A DNA stretch of 64,000 bases from Podarcis pityusensis. Lineage: Eukaryota. A program made the translations under genes and the position numbers. Location: the NCBI GenBank assembly GCA_964106645.2, contig OZ067038.1; one strand, written 5' to 3'. Position 1 is the stretch's first letter. Every line of letters begins with the position of its first letter. The notes below the pieces were generated by a model. That model ran no database searches. It was not told where the DNA came from and saw nothing but the letters and a program-made list of their open reading frames with translations. This document shows positions 61,185 to 64,000 of this stretch, piece by piece.

Positions 61185-64000
61185 ATGCCAGGCATTATGG
61201 GGTTAAAAATTTTGAGTTGGAATATTAATGGAATGAATGAGGAAAAAAAAAGGAATAAAATTGAACAATTCTTGAAAAAGAAAAACCTGGATATCATCTG
61301 TCTTCAAGAGACGCATGTGGCTAAAAGACATAAAAAACTGTTAATTAATAAAAGATTAGGAATTGAATTCGAATCTTCTGATAGAGAAAAGAAGAGAGGG
61401 GTGGTGCTGTACATTAAAAATAAGATTGAAGCCAAACAAATATTCAAAGATGAGGAGGGGAGAATGGTAGCGGTTCGAATTAATTGGCAAGGAGAGAATT
61501 TGGTTGTGATTGGAATATATGCGCCAAACGGCAATAAGACTGATTTCTTTAAAAATCTCGAAGGGAAAATCTCGGAATATATGGATCAGAAAATTATTTT
61601 AATGGGGGACATGAACGGTGTGGTTTCCCTAGATGCGGATAAACTTAGGGAAGGAGTAAGCAAAGAAGGGAAACTACCAAAATCCTTTTTCTCAATGGTG
61701 AAAAATTGTAATTTGATAGATATTTGGCGTCTTAGACATCCATTAGGCAAACAGTATACCTTTCACTCTGAGCCACACCAGTCGATGTCACGGATAGATC
61801 AGGTTTGGGTATCGAGTGAATTGTGCCCTAGGATCAAACAAGTAGAAATAAAACCGAGAGTAATTTCTGATCACAGTCCGATAGAATATGAATTGGAGAG
61901 TTTCGAGAGAAGAACCTTCAGATGGAGACTAAAGGAATACCTCCTAGATGACCAGGAAATTGTAGAGAATGCGCAAAAAAAGCTAACAGATTACTTTGCG
62001 GATAATTGTGACAAAGGTACAAGCATTAATACAGTTTGGGATGCAAGTAAAGCTGTAATAAGAGGATATTTTATTCAACAGAATGTGATTAAAAATAAGA
62101 ATAGAGAGAAAGGAAAAGAGATAATCTTAAAGCAGATTATGGACAGTGAACAAAAATTAATTAGGAAACCTAACTGTCAGGAAACAAAAGAAAATATCAA
62201 AATTTTGCAAGCCCAATTTGCCACAATAATAAACAGAGAAGTAGAGTGGAATATAAAAAGACTAAGACAAAAGAATTTCGAATTTTCAAATAAATCTGGT
62301 AAGTGGCTTGCATGGCAAATTAAGAAAAGGAAAGAACAAGGTACAATAAATAGAATTATAAGAGAGGGAGAAGAAGTAACTGACCCAAAAGGAATTAGGA
62401 ATGAGTTTCTGAATTACTATAGAAGCCTTTACAAAAATAAAGAGAGAAATAATTTAAGGAGGATAGAGAGATTTTTGAAAAATAAAACGGTGCAGAAAAT
62501 CCCAACGGATAAGAAACAACGACTAAATGAGCCAATCGAAATAGAAGAGATAGAGGAGGTAATCAAAGATCTAAAGAGAGGGAAGGCTCCGGGACCTGAT
62601 GGATTTACAGCGGGTTATTATAAAGAGATGAAATCTGTTTTGATGAATCCCTTGAAGGAGACTATGAATAACATCTTAAGAAAAGGGGAGATTCCGGAGA
62701 CCTGGAAAGAGGCATATATTACCTTTATCCCAAAACAGGACGCAGATCTAACCCAGGTTAAAAACTACAGGCCGATTTCGCTGCTAAATACGGACTATAA
62801 AATCTTTGCAGGAATTCTGGCGAGAAGACTGAAGTCTCTACTGGTAGAAACTATCCACAAAGATCAAGCTGGTTTCCTTCCAGGCAGGTATATGAGAGAC
62901 AATATAAGAAATATAATTAATATGTTAGATTTCTTATCTGTCAGGATTGATAAACAAGCAATAATGATGTTCGTGGACGCAGAAAAAGCGTTTGATAATG
63001 TAGTGTGGGACTTCATGCTGAAGAATTTGGAACATATGGAAGTGGGCAAGGACTTTTTCAATGGTGTAAAAGCGATATACACAGAGCAAAAAGCTAAATT
63101 GATCATAAATAACATCGTGACAGAAGAAATAAAGATACAGAAAGGTACAAGACAGGGATGTCCACTCTCCCCGCTGCTATTCATAATGGTATTAGAAGTA
63201 CTTCTGAATTCAATTAGGCAAAACGGGAAAATTAAAGGAGTAACAATTGGACAAAATGCCTATAAGATCAAAGCATTTGCAGACGATCTAGTAATAATGA
63301 CGGAAGACCCAATAACTACAATAGAAGAAATCTTAAAGGAGATAGACCAATTTGGGGAAATGGCAGGCTTCAAATTAAACAAGAGGAAAACGAAGATGAT
63401 GGCTAAGAACGTCGATCAAAGTGTAATAGAGACAATCCAACACCAATCACAGATAGAGGTGGTTAGGAAAGTGAAATATCTTGGGATTTGGCTTACGCCC
63501 AAAAATATAGATCTATTTAAAAATAATTATGAGTCGGTGTGGAGAGAAATAAGAAAAGATTTGGAAGTTTGGGGAGGACTGAGACTGTCCTTTTGGGGAA
63601 GGATTAATACCATTAAGATGAATATATTACCGAGGGTACTATTCCTATTTCAGACTATCCCCATAATTAAAGGGAGCCGAACATTTAAAGAATGGCAAAG
63701 AGTGCTTTCAAGATATATCTGGCAGGGCAAAAAACCTCGGATAAAATTTAAATTGTTGACAGATAGAAGGGAAAGGGGAGGATTTGCCCTGCCAGATTTG
63801 AGACTGTATTACGAGGCATCATGCCTCTGTTGGATAAAAGACTGGGTCAAATTAGTGAATAAGGAGCTACTCGATTTAGAGGGCTTCGACAATAGGTTCG
63901 GCTGGCATGCCTACCTATGGTGTGGCAAGAGGAAAGTGCATAAGGGGTTTGAGAATCATATTTTTAGAGGTCCACTTATTGAAACATGGGAAAGGTATAA
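61185..64000 (+). CDS. L1 ORF2p (APE endonuclease and reverse transcriptase), partial at the window edge
   Basis: MPGIMGLKILSWNINGMN...DIICLQETH, GDMN, SRIDQ, SDHSP, KAPGPDG, NYRPISLLNTDYK, DAEKAFD, GTRQGCPLSPLLF, AFADDL, KYLGI. Confidence 0.95.
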   Translation, partial: MPGIMGLKILSWNINGMNEEKKRNKIEQFLKKKNLDIICLQETHVAKRHKKLLINKRLGIEFESSDREKKRGVVLYIKNKIEAKQIFKDEEGRMVAVRINWQGENLVVIGIYAPNGNKTDFFKNLEGKISEYMDQKIILMGDMNGVVSLDADKLREGVSKEGKLPKSFFSMVKNCNLIDIWRLRHPLGKQYTFHSEPHQSMSRIDQVWVSSELCPRIKQVEIKPRVISDHSPIEYELESFERRTFRWRLKEYLLDDQEIVENAQKKLTDYFADNCDKGTSINTVWDASKAVIRGYFIQQNVIKNKNREKGKEIILKQIMDSEQKLIRKPNCQETKENIKILQAQFATIINREVEWNIKRLRQKNFEFSNKSGKWLAWQIKKRKEQGTINRIIREGEEVTDPKGIRNEFLNYYRSLYKNKERNNLRRIERFLKNKTVQKIPTDKKQRLNEPIEIEEIEEVIKDLKRGKAPGPDGFTAGYYKEMKSVLMNPLKETMNNILRKGEIPETWKEAYITFIPKQDADLTQVKNYRPISLLNTDYKIFAGILARRLKSLLVETIHKDQAGFLPGRYMRDNIRNIINMLDFLSVRIDKQAIMMFVDAEKAFDNVVWDFMLKNLEHMEVGKDFFNGVKAIYTEQKAKLIINNIVTEEIKIQKGTRQGCPLSPLLFIMVLEVLLNSIRQNGKIKGVTIGQNAYKIKAFADDLVIMTEDPITTIEEILKEIDQFGEMAGFKLNKRKTKMMAKNVDQSVIETIQHQSQIEVVRKVKYLGIWLTPKNIDLFKNNYESVWREIRKDLEVWGGLRLSFWGRINTIKMNILPRVLFLFQTIPIIKGSRTFKEWQRVLSRYIWQGKKPRIKFKLLTDRRERGGFALPDLRLYYEASCLCWIKDWVKLVNKELLDLEGFDNRFGWHAYLWCGKRKVHKGFENHIFRGPLIETWERY

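Larger units (their letters stand above)
58847..64000 (+). mobile_element. 5'-complete L1-clade LINE, running off the window
   Basis: CpG-rich 5' end, 5' UTR of about 1.3 kb, ORF1, short purine-rich spacer, then APE-RT ORF2; A-rich sense strand. Confidence 0.95.

Overview
Eukaryotic, repeat-rich genomic DNA from a squamate reptile, most likely a lacertid lizard. This is inferred from Sauria/Squam1 SINEs with (ACCTTT)n tails, Squam3-type SINEs, BovB, CR1, L2 and L1 LINEs and pogo/Tigger- and hAT-type MITEs. There is no recognisable multi-exon host CDS in 64 kb; the window reads as a very large intron or intergenic region. The only substantial coding capacity is retrotransposon-derived. An apparently intact 5'-complete L1-clade LINE starts at about 58847, with ORF1 at 60143-61135 and ORF2 open from 61185 to the window edge; decayed BovB, CR1, L2 and L1 3' fragments are also present. 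Points worth follow-up: candidate microexons (36 nt on the minus strand at 6428-6463; 18 nt on the plus strand at 15449-15466), a composite DNA transposon carrying a captured L2 tail in two copies, a tRNA-Asn/CR1-tail SINE, several nested insertions, two unclassified LTR-like repeat types and a 132-N assembly gap. I found no evidence of a wholly new biological system. Most short ORFs in the track are noise or repeat shadows.
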